The notes beneath the pieces are model-generated. The model searched no databases, was not told the DNA's origin, and was given only the letters and a program-made list of their open reading frames with translations. A stretch of DNA of 64,000 bases from Bacilli bacterium (GTDB lineage Bacteria; Bacillota_I; Bacilli_A; RFN20; CAG-826): positions 139,388 through 203,387 of the forward strand of contig JAFRPF010000031.1 in the NCBI GenBank assembly GCA_017429285.1, given 5' to 3'. The position numbers were made by a program, and so were the translations under genes. Of the stretch, positions 27,321 to 35,865 are shown piece by piece. Every line of letters starts with the position of its first letter. Within the stretch, counting starts at the first letter, position 1.

Positions 27321-29969
27321 ATGGCTGAACAAAAAAGATACGTTTACCCCTTCGATGAAGCTTATGGATTAGGAAAAGAGCTTCTCGGTGGTAAAGGTGC
27401 TGGCTTAGCGGAAATGACACATATCGGTGTCCCAGTTCCAGAAGGTTTTACAATTTCAACCGAAGCTTGCACACTCTATTATCAAAGTGGAAAAACAATT
27501 CCAGAATTCGTCCAAAAACAAATCTTCGACGCAGTTGAAGGTGTGGAAAAGAAAACTGGTAAAAAATTCGGTGGCGACCACAACCCACTATTAGTCTCTG
27601 TTCGTTCCGGCGCTCGTGTGAGTATGCCTGGTATGATGGATACAATCTTAAACTTAGGTTTAAACGATGTTACTGCTGCTGCTTTAGCAAGAGAAACAGG
27701 TAACGAAAGATTCGCAATGGACTCCTACCGTCGTTTCATCCTTATGTTCACAAACATCGCCAAAGGTCATCCAAGAGATGATATGGACAAGATGCTCGAC
27801 AAAATTAAGGAAGAAAACGGTTATAAATTAGATACAGAAGTCACAGTCGAACAATTAAAAGACTTAGTCAAACGTTATAAAGAATATTACAAAAAGACCT
27901 TTGGTGAAGAATTCCCAACCGACCCAAGAAAACAATTAATGGAAGCTGTCGCAGCGGTCTTTAGAAGCTGGGACAACCCACGTGCTAACGTTTATCGTAT
28001 GCAATATTCCATTCCTTATGAATGGGGTACCGCTGTTAACGTTCAATCCATGGCCTTCGGTAACAAAGGTGAAACTTCCGGTACCGGTGTTGCTTTCTCA
28101 AGAAACGCTGCCACTGGTGAAAAAGTTATCTCCGCTGAATATTTACCAAATGCTCAAGGTGAAGACGTCGTCGCTGGTATTCGTACACCATTACACATCG
28201 ATGAATTAAAAAGAAGAATGCCAGATGTTTATGACCAATTCGTCAAAACAATTAAAAATATGGAACTCCATTATCGCGATATGCAAGATATGGAATTCAC
28301 AGTTGAAGAAGGAAAATTATATTTCTTACAAACTAGAAGTGGTAAGAGAACTCCTGCTGCAGCCTTAAAGATGGCTTGTGACATGGTCGATGAAGGTTTA
28401 ATCACCAAAGAAGAGGCCGTCTTAAGAATCGATCCAGTTTCCTTCGATAAATTATTATTACCAAACTTTGACAAAGATGATTTAGCGGCTGCTCAATCAC
28501 GTTTAATTGCCAAAGGCAATCCTGCTGGCCCAGGCGCTGGTACAGGTAAATTAGCCTTCACCGCTGAAGATGCGGAAAGAAGACACAATGCTGGTGAAAA
28601 AGTCGTCTTAGTACGTGCTGAAACTTCTCCAGAAGACTTAATTGGTATGATTGCCTCTGAAGGTATCTTAACCATGCGTGGTGGTATGACCTCACACGCG
28701 GCTGTCGTTGCTCGTGGTATGGGCAAATGCTGTATTACAGGTTGTGCGGCTGCCTTAATCAATGAAGAAAAACAAACATTAACCATCGGTGGTAAAGTTT
28801 ATGGTCCAAACGATGTCATCTCCTTAGATGGTTCTACAGGTTCTGTCTATGTTGGTGATATTAAGAAAGTCGCTCCAGACCTCTCCAGTGGTAACTTCGG
28901 TCGTTTAATGGGTTGGGTTGATGAAGCCCGTGACTTAAAAGTCCGTGCTAACGCTGATACACCAAGAGATGCTCACCAAGCAAAAGTCTTTGGTGCTCAA
29001 GGTATTGGCTTATGCCGTACAGAACACATGTTCTTCGATAAAGATAAAATCTTCCACTTCAGAAAGATGATCTTAGCGGATAACGTTGAAGAAAGAAGAG
29101 CTGCTTTAGCAGAAATCGAACCATTACAACAAAAAGACTTTGAAGGCTTATTTGAAGAAATGGGCGAACTCAATGTTAACATCCGTTTATTAGACCCACC
29201 ACTCCACGAATTCTTACCACAAGAAGAAGATAAGATCGAAGAACTTAGCAAAGCTACTGGTCACCCAGTTGCCTACATCCATAAGAGAATTGAAGAATTA
29301 CACGAATTCAACCCAATGATGGGTCACCGTGGATGCCGTCTTGACGTCTCTTATCCAGAAATCGGCGAAATGCAAACACGCGCTATCATCAAAGCAGCTA
29401 TTGCTGTTAACAAGAGACGCGGTTTACATATCGAACCAGAAATCATGATTCCTCTCACCTTAGACTTAAGAGAATTAAAATATGTCAAAGCTATCGTTTG
29501 TGCGACCGCTGATGAAGTCATTAAAGAAGCTGGTGTCAATCTCAAATACCATGTTGGTACTATGATTGAAATTCCACGTGCTGCCTTATTATCCGATGAA
29601 ATCGCTAAGGAAGCTGAATTCTTCTCATTTGGTACAAATGACTTAACACAAATGACCTTTGGTTTCTCTCGTGATGATGCTAGTAAATTCTTACCAGATT
29701 ATTACAAGAACAAGATCTTAGAAGAAGATCCATTCAAGACCTTAGATACACATGGTGTTGGTAAACTAGTGAAGATGTCCGTCGAAGATGGCCGTAGAAC
29801 TAGACCAGACTTACACGTTGGTGTCTGTGGTGAAACCGGTGGCGAACCAAACTCCATCGACTTCTATCACCAAGTCGGATTAGACTATGTATCCTGCTCA
29901 CCATTCCGTGTGCCAGTTGCTAGATTAGCCGCTGCTCAAGCTGCGATCAGACATCCAAGAAAGAAATAA
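27321..29969 (+). CDS. ppdK: Pyruvate, phosphate dikinase
   Basis: Has the phospho-His motif GGMTSHAAVVARGMGK, the PEP-utilizer C-terminal motifs GLCRTEHMF and FSFGTNDLTQ, and an ATP-grasp N-terminus. I moved the start to ATG 27321, which is preceded by AGGAGG (27309..27314). Confidence 0.95.
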   Translation: MAEQKRYVYPFDEAYGLGKELLGGKGAGLAEMTHIGVPVPEGFTISTEACTLYYQSGKTIPEFVQKQIFDAVEGVEKKTGKKFGGDHNPLLVSVRSGARVSMPGMMDTILNLGLNDVTAAALARETGNERFAMDSYRRFILMFTNIAKGHPRDDMDKMLDKIKEENGYKLDTEVTVEQLKDLVKRYKEYYKKTFGEEFPTDPRKQLMEAVAAVFRSWDNPRANVYRMQYSIPYEWGTAVNVQSMAFGNKGETSGTGVAFSRNAATGEKVISAEYLPNAQGEDVVAGIRTPLHIDELKRRMPDVYDQFVKTIKNMELHYRDMQDMEFTVEEGKLYFLQTRSGKRTPAAALKMACDMVDEGLITKEEAVLRIDPVSFDKLLLPNFDKDDLAAAQSRLIAKGNPAGPGAGTGKLAFTAEDAERRHNAGEKVVLVRAETSPEDLIGMIASEGILTMRGGMTSHAAVVARGMGKCCITGCAAALINEEKQTLTIGGKVYGPNDVISLDGSTGSVYVGDIKKVAPDLSSGNFGRLMGWVDEARDLKVRANADTPRDAHQAKVFGAQGIGLCRTEHMFFDKDKIFHFRKMILADNVEERRAALAEIEPLQQKDFEGLFEEMGELNVNIRLLDPPLHEFLPQEEDKIEELSKATGHPVAYIHKRIEELHEFNPMMGHRGCRLDVSYPEIGEMQTRAIIKAAIAVNKRRGLHIEPEIMIPLTLDLRELKYVKAIVCATADEVIKEAGVNLKYHVGTMIEIPRAALLSDEIAKEAEFFSFGTNDLTQMTFGFSRDDASKFLPDYYKNKILEEDPFKTLDTHGVGKLVKMSVEDGRRTRPDLHVGVCGETGGEPNSIDFYHQVGLDYVSCSPFRVPVARLAAAQAAIRHPRKK

Positions 29970-29987
29970 CTTTCTAAACAATAAATT

Positions 29988-30017
29988 AGCCTCTAGGTAA
30001 CTAGGGGCTTTTCTTTA
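29988..30017 (+). terminator. Rho-independent terminator of ppdK
   Basis: AGCCTCTAG (29988..29996), loop GTAA, CTAGGGGCT (30001..30009, one G-U pair), followed by TTTTCTTT. Confidence 0.7.
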
Positions 30018-30046
30018 TAAAGAAAACCTGCAACTTATGTCGCAGG
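30017..30046 (-). terminator. Rho-independent terminator of the convergent nucleotidyltransferase gene
   Basis: Reverse strand: CCTGCGAC, loop ATAA, GTTGCAGG (30027..30046, one mismatch), followed by TTTTCTTTAT. Confidence 0.55.
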
Positions 30047-30067
30047 CTGCTTTCTTTTTTTATCGTA

Positions 30068-30973
30068 TTAATATAATCCTTTTTTATATAACCCTTTATC
30101 GGTTAATTCTTTAAGAGCTTTAACAACAGATGGTTTATCTTCTCTATAAGTAACGCCATACCAAACATCAGGAGTGGAAATTAATTTTAATGATGCTTTA
30201 CCTTCACCCACTAAACGAGAAACTTCATCAGGAATTAAGAATTCCGCTTTTAAGTTATTGATGTTTTCTTTTAAGAAGACAGGTAGTTGTTCTTCAAGTC
30301 TAGCGATAATGTCTTTAGAGAAGGCGAATAAGTTCATAGAAACTAATTGACCAGGAACACAGACAAATGGTTTTTCATTTTTATCTAATGGTTCCGCTTG
30401 GATAACACCTTTTTCGTCTTTATAGACACTAGATTCAATCATTTTGGTTAAGAAATGTTTTTCATCATAGAAACAAACACCTCTTTTTACAGAGCCGTTT
30501 TCCGCTAAAGTATTAGCAACATCAAAAGCGATGTTAGCATATTTACCTACGCTATCTTTTGGTAAGCTTCTTAAATAATTAGCGGCTACTTCATAAGTCT
30601 TTTGACCATAATAATCATCACCATTAATGATAATAAAATTATCTTTAATTAACTTTCTGGCCGCTAAAATGGCATGAGCGGTGCCCCATGGTTTTTCTCT
30701 ACCTTCTGGACATTTAAATCCTTCTGGTAAATCGTTTAAATCTTGGAAAGCATATTCGGTTTTAATAAGTGGTTCAACACGCTTGCCGATTGTTTCTCTA
30801 AAGATTTCTAAATGTTCTCTTTTAATAATAAAGATGACGCTATCAAATCCGGCACGGATCGCATCATGAACTGAGTAGTCAAGGATGAAGTTTCCATAAT
30901 CATCCATTGGTTCCATCTGTTTTAATCCGCCAAAACGGGAACCCATACCAGCTGCTAAAATAACTAATTGCAT
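30068..30973 (-). CDS. Sugar-phosphate nucleotidyltransferase family protein
   Basis: 301-aa ORF with the NTP-transferase signature MQLVILAAGMGSRFGG and ..IINGDDYY... The substrate is unknown. Confidence 0.7.
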   Translation of the reverse strand: MQLVILAAGMGSRFGGLKQMEPMDDYGNFILDYSVHDAIRAGFDSVIFIIKREHLEIFRETIGKRVEPLIKTEYAFQDLNDLPEGFKCPEGREKPWGTAHAILAARKLIKDNFIIINGDDYYGQKTYEVAANYLRSLPKDSVGKYANIAFDVANTLAENGSVKRGVCFYDEKHFLTKMIESSVYKDEKGVIQAEPLDKNEKPFVCVPGQLVSMNLFAFSKDIIARLEEQLPVFLKENINNLKAEFLIPDEVSRLVGEGKASLKLISTPDVWYGVTYREDKPSVVKALKELTDKGLYKKGLY

Positions 30974-30999
30974 ATCAATTCTCCTTAATCATTAATATT

Positions 31000-31521
31000 T
31001 TATTGAATTGTTCTTAAATATTTCAACATAAGACAAATTGTCTTTGCATCCTTAATTTCACCCGAATCAATCATTTGTAAGATCTCATCGATAGAAAAAT
31101 AATTTACAGTAATATCTTCATCAGCATCTAAATGTTGTTTGCTTTGTTTCACATCATTAGCTTTATAAAGATATATTTTTTCATTTGTATAACCACAAGA
31201 AGGATACATAACACCTAAACTTGTTAAAGAATCTGCTTTGAGCCCTACCTCTTCTTCTAGTTCTCTTATACCAGCATCATAAGAATTCTCACCTTTTTCT
31301 AATTTGCCAGCGGGAAGTTCATACATCTCTTCTTGATAAGAATAACGGTATTGTTTTACTAAAGGAATTTTATTGTTATAAAAAGCTAAAACACAAACCC
31401 CACCATTATGATGGATAATTTCTCTTTTAACTTTTTCTCCATTACTAGCTAAAACATCATCGCAATTTAAACGAAGAATTTTACCTTTATAGATAACGTT
31501 ACTTTTAATTGTTTTTTCCAT
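31000..31521 (-). CDS. Nudix hydrolase (ADP-ribose pyrophosphatase-like)
   Basis: 173-aa ORF with the Nudix box GKLEKGENSYDAGIRELEEEVGL. Confidence 0.8.
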   Translation of the reverse strand: MEKTIKSNVIYKGKILRLNCDDVLASNGEKVKREIIHHNGGVCVLAFYNNKIPLVKQYRYSYQEEMYELPAGKLEKGENSYDAGIRELEEEVGLKADSLTSLGVMYPSCGYTNEKIYLYKANDVKQSKQHLDADEDITVNYFSIDEILQMIDSGEIKDAKTICLMLKYLRTIQ

Positions 31522-31556
31522 AATTTAAATAAAAAAGCCGCAAAAAGAGCGTATTT

Positions 31557-31808
31557 TTACATTTTTGCGAAGCTTTTATAAAAGACAAAATTGTTTCCGT
31601 CATCGATATAACCGACTTCTTTATCGTGGATAATGATTGCTCCATCATCATCGACAAATCCGATTTCAGAATCGTTATAAGAGATAATGCCATCATCAGT
31701 TATATCAGCGAACTTCTTACGAGAAATAATAAGTTCGTTATCTTGAATATAACCAACAACTTGATCACCTATGATAATGTTTTTGCCAAATGAATTAATG
31801 ATTAACAT
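31557..31808 (-). CDS. Hypothetical 83-aa protein made of three I-x-x-D-x-x-[VI]-G-[YF]-[IV]-D-D-like repeats
   Basis: The ATG lies 2 nt after the stop of the GlmU-like gene. Internal repeats are IIIGDQVVGYIQDNELII / IISYNDSEIGFVDDDGAII / IIHDKEVGYIDDGNNFVF. I recognise no family. Confidence 0.45.
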   Translation of the reverse strand: MLIINSFGKNIIIGDQVVGYIQDNELIISRKKFADITDDGIISYNDSEIGFVDDDGAIIIHDKEVGYIDDGNNFVFYKSFAKM

Positions 31809-31810
31809 AT

Positions 31811-32824
31811 TTATTTCTTCAAATATTGATAAGGACCAATGTGTTCGTTGTTACCGATAACTTTACCAACAACATTTGAACAATAAACACGATTGTTATT
31901 TCCCATAACGACATCTTCTAAAACAACATTAGGACCAATAACATTTGATTCTCCTAATTCACATTTACCTAAGATAGTGGTGTTAGGGAAAATGAGAGTA
32001 TCTTTACCAATCTTAACATCAGGAGAAATATAGGTAGTGTCTGGGTCTTCCATAGAGACACCTTCAAGCATTAATTTATGATTGATTTTCTTTCTCATAA
32101 CTTTCGCAGCATAAGATAATTGAATACGATCATTAATACCAAAAACTTCCACCATATCTTCAACAACATAAGAGCCAACAGTCAAACCTTCTTCATTAAA
32201 TATCTCAACAAGTTGAGATAAATAGAACAATTGGCGTTTATTGTTGTTTGTTAATTTTGGTAAATATTTAAATAAGATTTTGTTATTAATAATACAGATA
32301 CCGGTGTTAGCTTCTGTAATATCGAGTTCATATTCATCACAATCGCTCTCTTCTCGAATTGCTAATAAACGATTGCTCTTTTCTTCTCTAATTAAACGGC
32401 CATAACCCTTAGCGTTTGGTAAGACACAAGAGACCACTGTTAAGGCGTTATGCTCTTTTTCATGGATATGGAAAATTTGACCAATGGTTTCAGAAGAGAT
32501 AAGTGGTGTGTCACCATAAATTATTAATGTTTCACCATCGAGATCTTTAAATAAATCTTCACATTGTCTAACGGCATGTCCAGTTCCTAAAATCTCTTTT
32601 TGCCAAACAATCTCAGCATCATTACCCACTAATTCTTTTGTGGTTTCTCCACCAAATCCGACAACAACAGCCATCTTATTGAAATTAAGTGGCTTTAAAG
32701 CTTCTAAAACATATTTGATAATTGGTTTACCTAAAATTGGATAAGCGACTTTACAGGTATTAGGATCTAAAGATTGCATTCTTGTTCCTTTCCCTGCTGC
32801 TAAAATAATGGCGTTTCTATTCAT
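31811..32824 (-). CDS. GlmU-like nucleotidyltransferase with a short left-handed beta-helix tail (337 aa)
   Basis: Has the N-terminal signature AIILAAGKGTRM and ..IIYGDTPLIS.. The C-terminal hexapeptide-repeat region covers only about 80 aa (IGKDTLIFPNTTILGKCELGESNVIGPNVVLEDVVMGNNNRV). It lies next to ispE as in Bacillus. Confidence 0.75.
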   Translation of the reverse strand: MNRNAIILAAGKGTRMQSLDPNTCKVAYPILGKPIIKYVLEALKPLNFNKMAVVVGFGGETTKELVGNDAEIVWQKEILGTGHAVRQCEDLFKDLDGETLIIYGDTPLISSETIGQIFHIHEKEHNALTVVSCVLPNAKGYGRLIREEKSNRLLAIREESDCDEYELDITEANTGICIINNKILFKYLPKLTNNNKRQLFYLSQLVEIFNEEGLTVGSYVVEDMVEVFGINDRIQLSYAAKVMRKKINHKLMLEGVSMEDPDTTYISPDVKIGKDTLIFPNTTILGKCELGESNVIGPNVVLEDVVMGNNNRVYCSNVVGKVIGNNEHIGPYQYLKK

Positions 32825-32833
32825 ACTTTTCTC

Positions 32834-33688
32834 CTATTTCAAAACTTTAGTAACTTCGACTAAATATTGATTTTCTAACGCTTTTGCGGCGTTTTTGATT
32901 AATTTTTTATCTGTACTTAAGGCAAAAACAGAGGATCCTGATCCTGTCATTTGTACAATTTTTAGACCAAGCGCTCTTAATTTATTTTTAATAACTAAAA
33001 TCTCTGGAACTAATGATATAGCGGGTTCTTCTAAAGCATTAAAAATCGAAGCCGCTAATAAATCATCGTCGCCTTCTTCTAAGGCCTTCTTCACTAATTC
33101 CACATCTCCGGTCTTTAAATTCATCTTATCAGACACTTCGTAGACACCTTGAGTGGAGCAACCTTGTTCTGGTTTGACAATTAAACAGTAATAATCGTTT
33201 TTCACATTAACGAAATCAATCTTTTCACCAATACCTCTACATCTAGCAGGCTTGCTAGTAATAAAGAATGGAATGTCCGCACCTAAACCAGTAGAAATAG
33301 CCACTAACTCTTCATAAGGAAGATTTAATTTAAGATAAGAATTAACTCCGTTAATAACAGTCGCAGCATTAGAGGAACCTCCACCTAATCCAGATTGCAT
33401 TGGAATAACTTTATGAATGGTGATTCTAAATTTATTTTTAAATTTATATTTCTTCTGCATCTTCTCGATTGCTGCAGTAGCAATGTTATATTTAAGTAGA
33501 CCAAGAGAAAAATCATCAATGGTTACAAAGTGATCGGTTGCGTTCTTTAATTCAGAGAACAAAATAGAGTCGTGTAATTTTAAAGGAAGGATGATCATAT
33601 CAAGTTCATGATATCCATCAGGTCTTTTGTTTACGACATTTAGGCAGATGTTAATTTTTGCCCAGCTTTTTAATAATAAACTTTTCAT
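32834..33688 (-). CDS. ispE: 4-diphosphocytidyl-2-C-methyl-D-erythritol kinase
   Basis: 284-aa ORF with a GHMP kinase motif (PMQSGLGGGSSNAA) and the IspE-type N-terminus (AKINICLNVV.KR.DGYHELD). It shows conserved ksgA-ispE synteny. Confidence 0.85.
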   Translation of the reverse strand: MKSLLLKSWAKINICLNVVNKRPDGYHELDMIILPLKLHDSILFSELKNATDHFVTIDDFSLGLLKYNIATAAIEKMQKKYKFKNKFRITIHKVIPMQSGLGGGSSNAATVINGVNSYLKLNLPYEELVAISTGLGADIPFFITSKPARCRGIGEKIDFVNVKNDYYCLIVKPEQGCSTQGVYEVSDKMNLKTGDVELVKKALEEGDDDLLAASIFNALEEPAISLVPEILVIKNKLRALGLKIVQMTGSGSSVFALSTDKKLIKNAAKALENQYLVEVTKVLK

Positions 33689-33761
33689 AGACTTCTAATT
33701 TTACAAATTAATTTACTTTGGTCAATTTAATTTTATATTAGTTTAGATATAAAACAATTCG

Positions 33762-34571
33762 TTAGTTGCTTTTTAAAGCATTATGCAATTGACAAAACTC
33801 TATAGGTGATATCTCTTCAGGTCTTCTGTTTGGGGCTATTTTGACCGCCTCTAAAACACTTAAGGCCTTTTCTTTATCATTTAGATAACTAGATAGATTG
33901 TTATAAATTGTTTTTCTTCTATTTAAAAATAGTTTTTTGGCAAGTTTATAAACATCTAAGCAATCTTCATAATTAGCATTATCATCTTTTTCAATAGTGA
34001 AAACAGTGGAGGCGCATTTCGGTGAGGGATAGAAGCTACCCGGTTTTACATTAAATTGTTTTTTTGATTTCCCTAATAGATGAATTAACACAGATAGTGG
34101 TCCATATTCTTTGCCAGAAAGATCATTAAATCTTGGGAAAGCTTCAGCTTGGCACATCAAAACCATGACTTTACATCTCTTTGCGTTTATCAATAAATAT
34201 TCCACAGTTTCAGTAGTAATGTTGTAGGGTAAGTTTCCAATGATTTTTGTATAATTTGATACATCGTGTTTTCTAATGTCGCTTAAAACAAGCTTAATGT
34301 TTGGTTCTTTATATAAGATTTTTAAGAAATCAATCATTCTTTCGTCAATATCTACGAGTGTGATATCACTTTTATAAGAAGATAAGAAATGAGTAAGCGA
34401 TCCAATGCCAGGCCCAATCTCTAAAACATTGTCTTTTTCCTCAATATTCAATAGTTCAACAATGCGTTTACATAAATCTGGTTCTAATAAATAATTTTGG
34501 CCATAATCTTTGTCTGGTTTAAGCCCAGATTTATCAATTATTTCCATGACGTTACTACGATTAATTTCCAT
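33762..34571 (-). CDS. rsmA: 16S rRNA (adenine1518/1519-N6)-dimethyltransferase
   Basis: 269-aa ORF with YGQNYL, a SAM motif VLEIGPGIGSLT, and GNLPYNI. Confidence 0.9.
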   Translation of the reverse strand: MEINRSNVMEIIDKSGLKPDKDYGQNYLLEPDLCKRIVELLNIEEKDNVLEIGPGIGSLTHFLSSYKSDITLVDIDERMIDFLKILYKEPNIKLVLSDIRKHDVSNYTKIIGNLPYNITTETVEYLLINAKRCKVMVLMCQAEAFPRFNDLSGKEYGPLSVLIHLLGKSKKQFNVKPGSFYPSPKCASTVFTIEKDDNANYEDCLDVYKLAKKLFLNRRKTIYNNLSSYLNDKEKALSVLEAVKIAPNRRPEEISPIEFCQLHNALKSN

Positions 34572-35094
34572 AACTATTTATCGCCCCTTTCAATTCATCT
34601 TCACTAATTCCTAGAAAATTCAATCTTTTAAGAAATGTTTTAGAATTACATATACCTAAAGAAAGCCTACGACAAACATATTCTCTTTCTTCTTTTTTGA
34701 TATGTAGCTCCTCTAAATCGTTAAGCGACAAATTTCCTTTATTAAATGGTTTTTCCACGCAAAAACTACTCAAAACCCTCAATAATTCATCCTTTTCACA
34801 TTCAGCAACACCGTGTTTATCTTTCTTGTTACAAAGAGATAAGTCGACAAATTTATTAGTGGATTCAGGAACTAATTTGTTTATCTTTTCTCTAATGAGG
34901 TAACCGGCTTCATCAGAATCTGTTAACACCACAATTGGTTTGTTATGTTTAACGGAATTATTTAAAAACTCTATCTCTTTTTGAGGAATTTCATATCCGT
35001 TAGTAATGACAAAAACTGTGTCAACAAAACTGCTTAAATATGAAGCGTCATTTTTGCCCTCAACAACTATAATTCCATCAAAAAATAATTTCAT
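34561..35094 (-). CDS. rnmV: Ribonuclease M5 (Toprim domain)
   Basis: 177-aa ORF with Toprim motifs (IIVVEGKNDASYL, VVLTDSDEAG). It shows conserved rnmV-ksgA adjacency. Confidence 0.82.
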   Translation of the reverse strand: MKLFFDGIIVVEGKNDASYLSSFVDTVFVITNGYEIPQKEIEFLNNSVKHNKPIVVLTDSDEAGYLIREKINKLVPESTNKFVDLSLCNKKDKHGVAECEKDELLRVLSSFCVEKPFNKGNLSLNDLEELHIKKEEREYVCRRLSLGICNSKTFLKRLNFLGISEDELKGAINSYGN

Positions 35095-35097
35095 AAT

Positions 35098-35865
35098 TTA
35101 CACGTGAAACAATTTACATGAGTTATCATATAACACTTCTAATATATGTTTCTTAGAAATGCCTTTAAGTCTTGTTATTTCATCAATTACTAGAGCGATG
35201 TTCTTTGGTTCGTTAACTGTACCCCTTAATGGGTGTGGTGATAGGTATGGGGAATCCGTTTCTACAAGCAATCTATCTAATGGAACTTCCTCACAAACCT
35301 CTTTTGGTGTTTTTGCATTAGTGAAGGTTAATGGTCCATCAAGGCCAATATATAATCCTAAATCTAAAACATCCTTTAAAAGTTCGACACTTCCTGAATA
35401 ACAATGCATCACGCCACTATATAATGGGCGGTTTTCTTTTAATATTTTTAAACAATCTTCAAAAGCTTCTCTGTTATGTATTGAGATTGGTTTTTGGTGT
35501 TCGTTAGCAAACTTAATTTGCTTAATAAACCATTCTTTTTGTTTTTCTCTTTGTGCTGGATCTTTAACCCAATGGTAATCTAACCCAATTTCACCAATTG
35601 CCACAACTTTAGGATCGTTAACATGAGACATAACTTCATTAAAATCTTTTTCGCTTACTCCATCGATGTCGGTTGGATGAAAACCTATAGCAGCATATAT
35701 CTCTTTATATTTATGAGCGAGTTCAACGGCCAATAAAGAACTTTCTTTATCCCAACCGATCACTAAAAATTTATCTACACCCACTTTTTTAGCGGATTCT
35801 AAAACCTCATCTATTCTTGTATAGAGTTCAGGGGAATTTAAATGACAATGTGTATCAAATATCAT
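35098..35865 (-). CDS. tatD: TatD-family metal-dependent DNase/hydrolase
   Basis: 255-aa ORF with FDTHCHL, ..AIGEIGLDYHW.., ..HCYSGS.. and ..VETDSPYLSP... Confidence 0.88.
   Translation of the reverse strand: MIFDTHCHLNSPELYTRIDEVLESAKKVGVDKFLVIGWDKESSLLAVELAHKYKEIYAAIGFHPTDIDGVSEKDFNEVMSHVNDPKVVAIGEIGLDYHWVKDPAQREKQKEWFIKQIKFANEHQKPISIHNREAFEDCLKILKENRPLYSGVMHCYSGSVELLKDVLDLGLYIGLDGPLTFTNAKTPKEVCEEVPLDRLLVETDSPYLSPHPLRGTVNEPKNIALVIDEITRLKGISKKHILEVLYDNSCKLFHV

Noticed and set aside
31505-31696. 63-aa - strand ORF overlapping both the 83-aa repeat-protein gene and the Nudix gene start.
   Set aside because: It is out of frame with, and nested in, two better-supported ORFs. No RBS is present.
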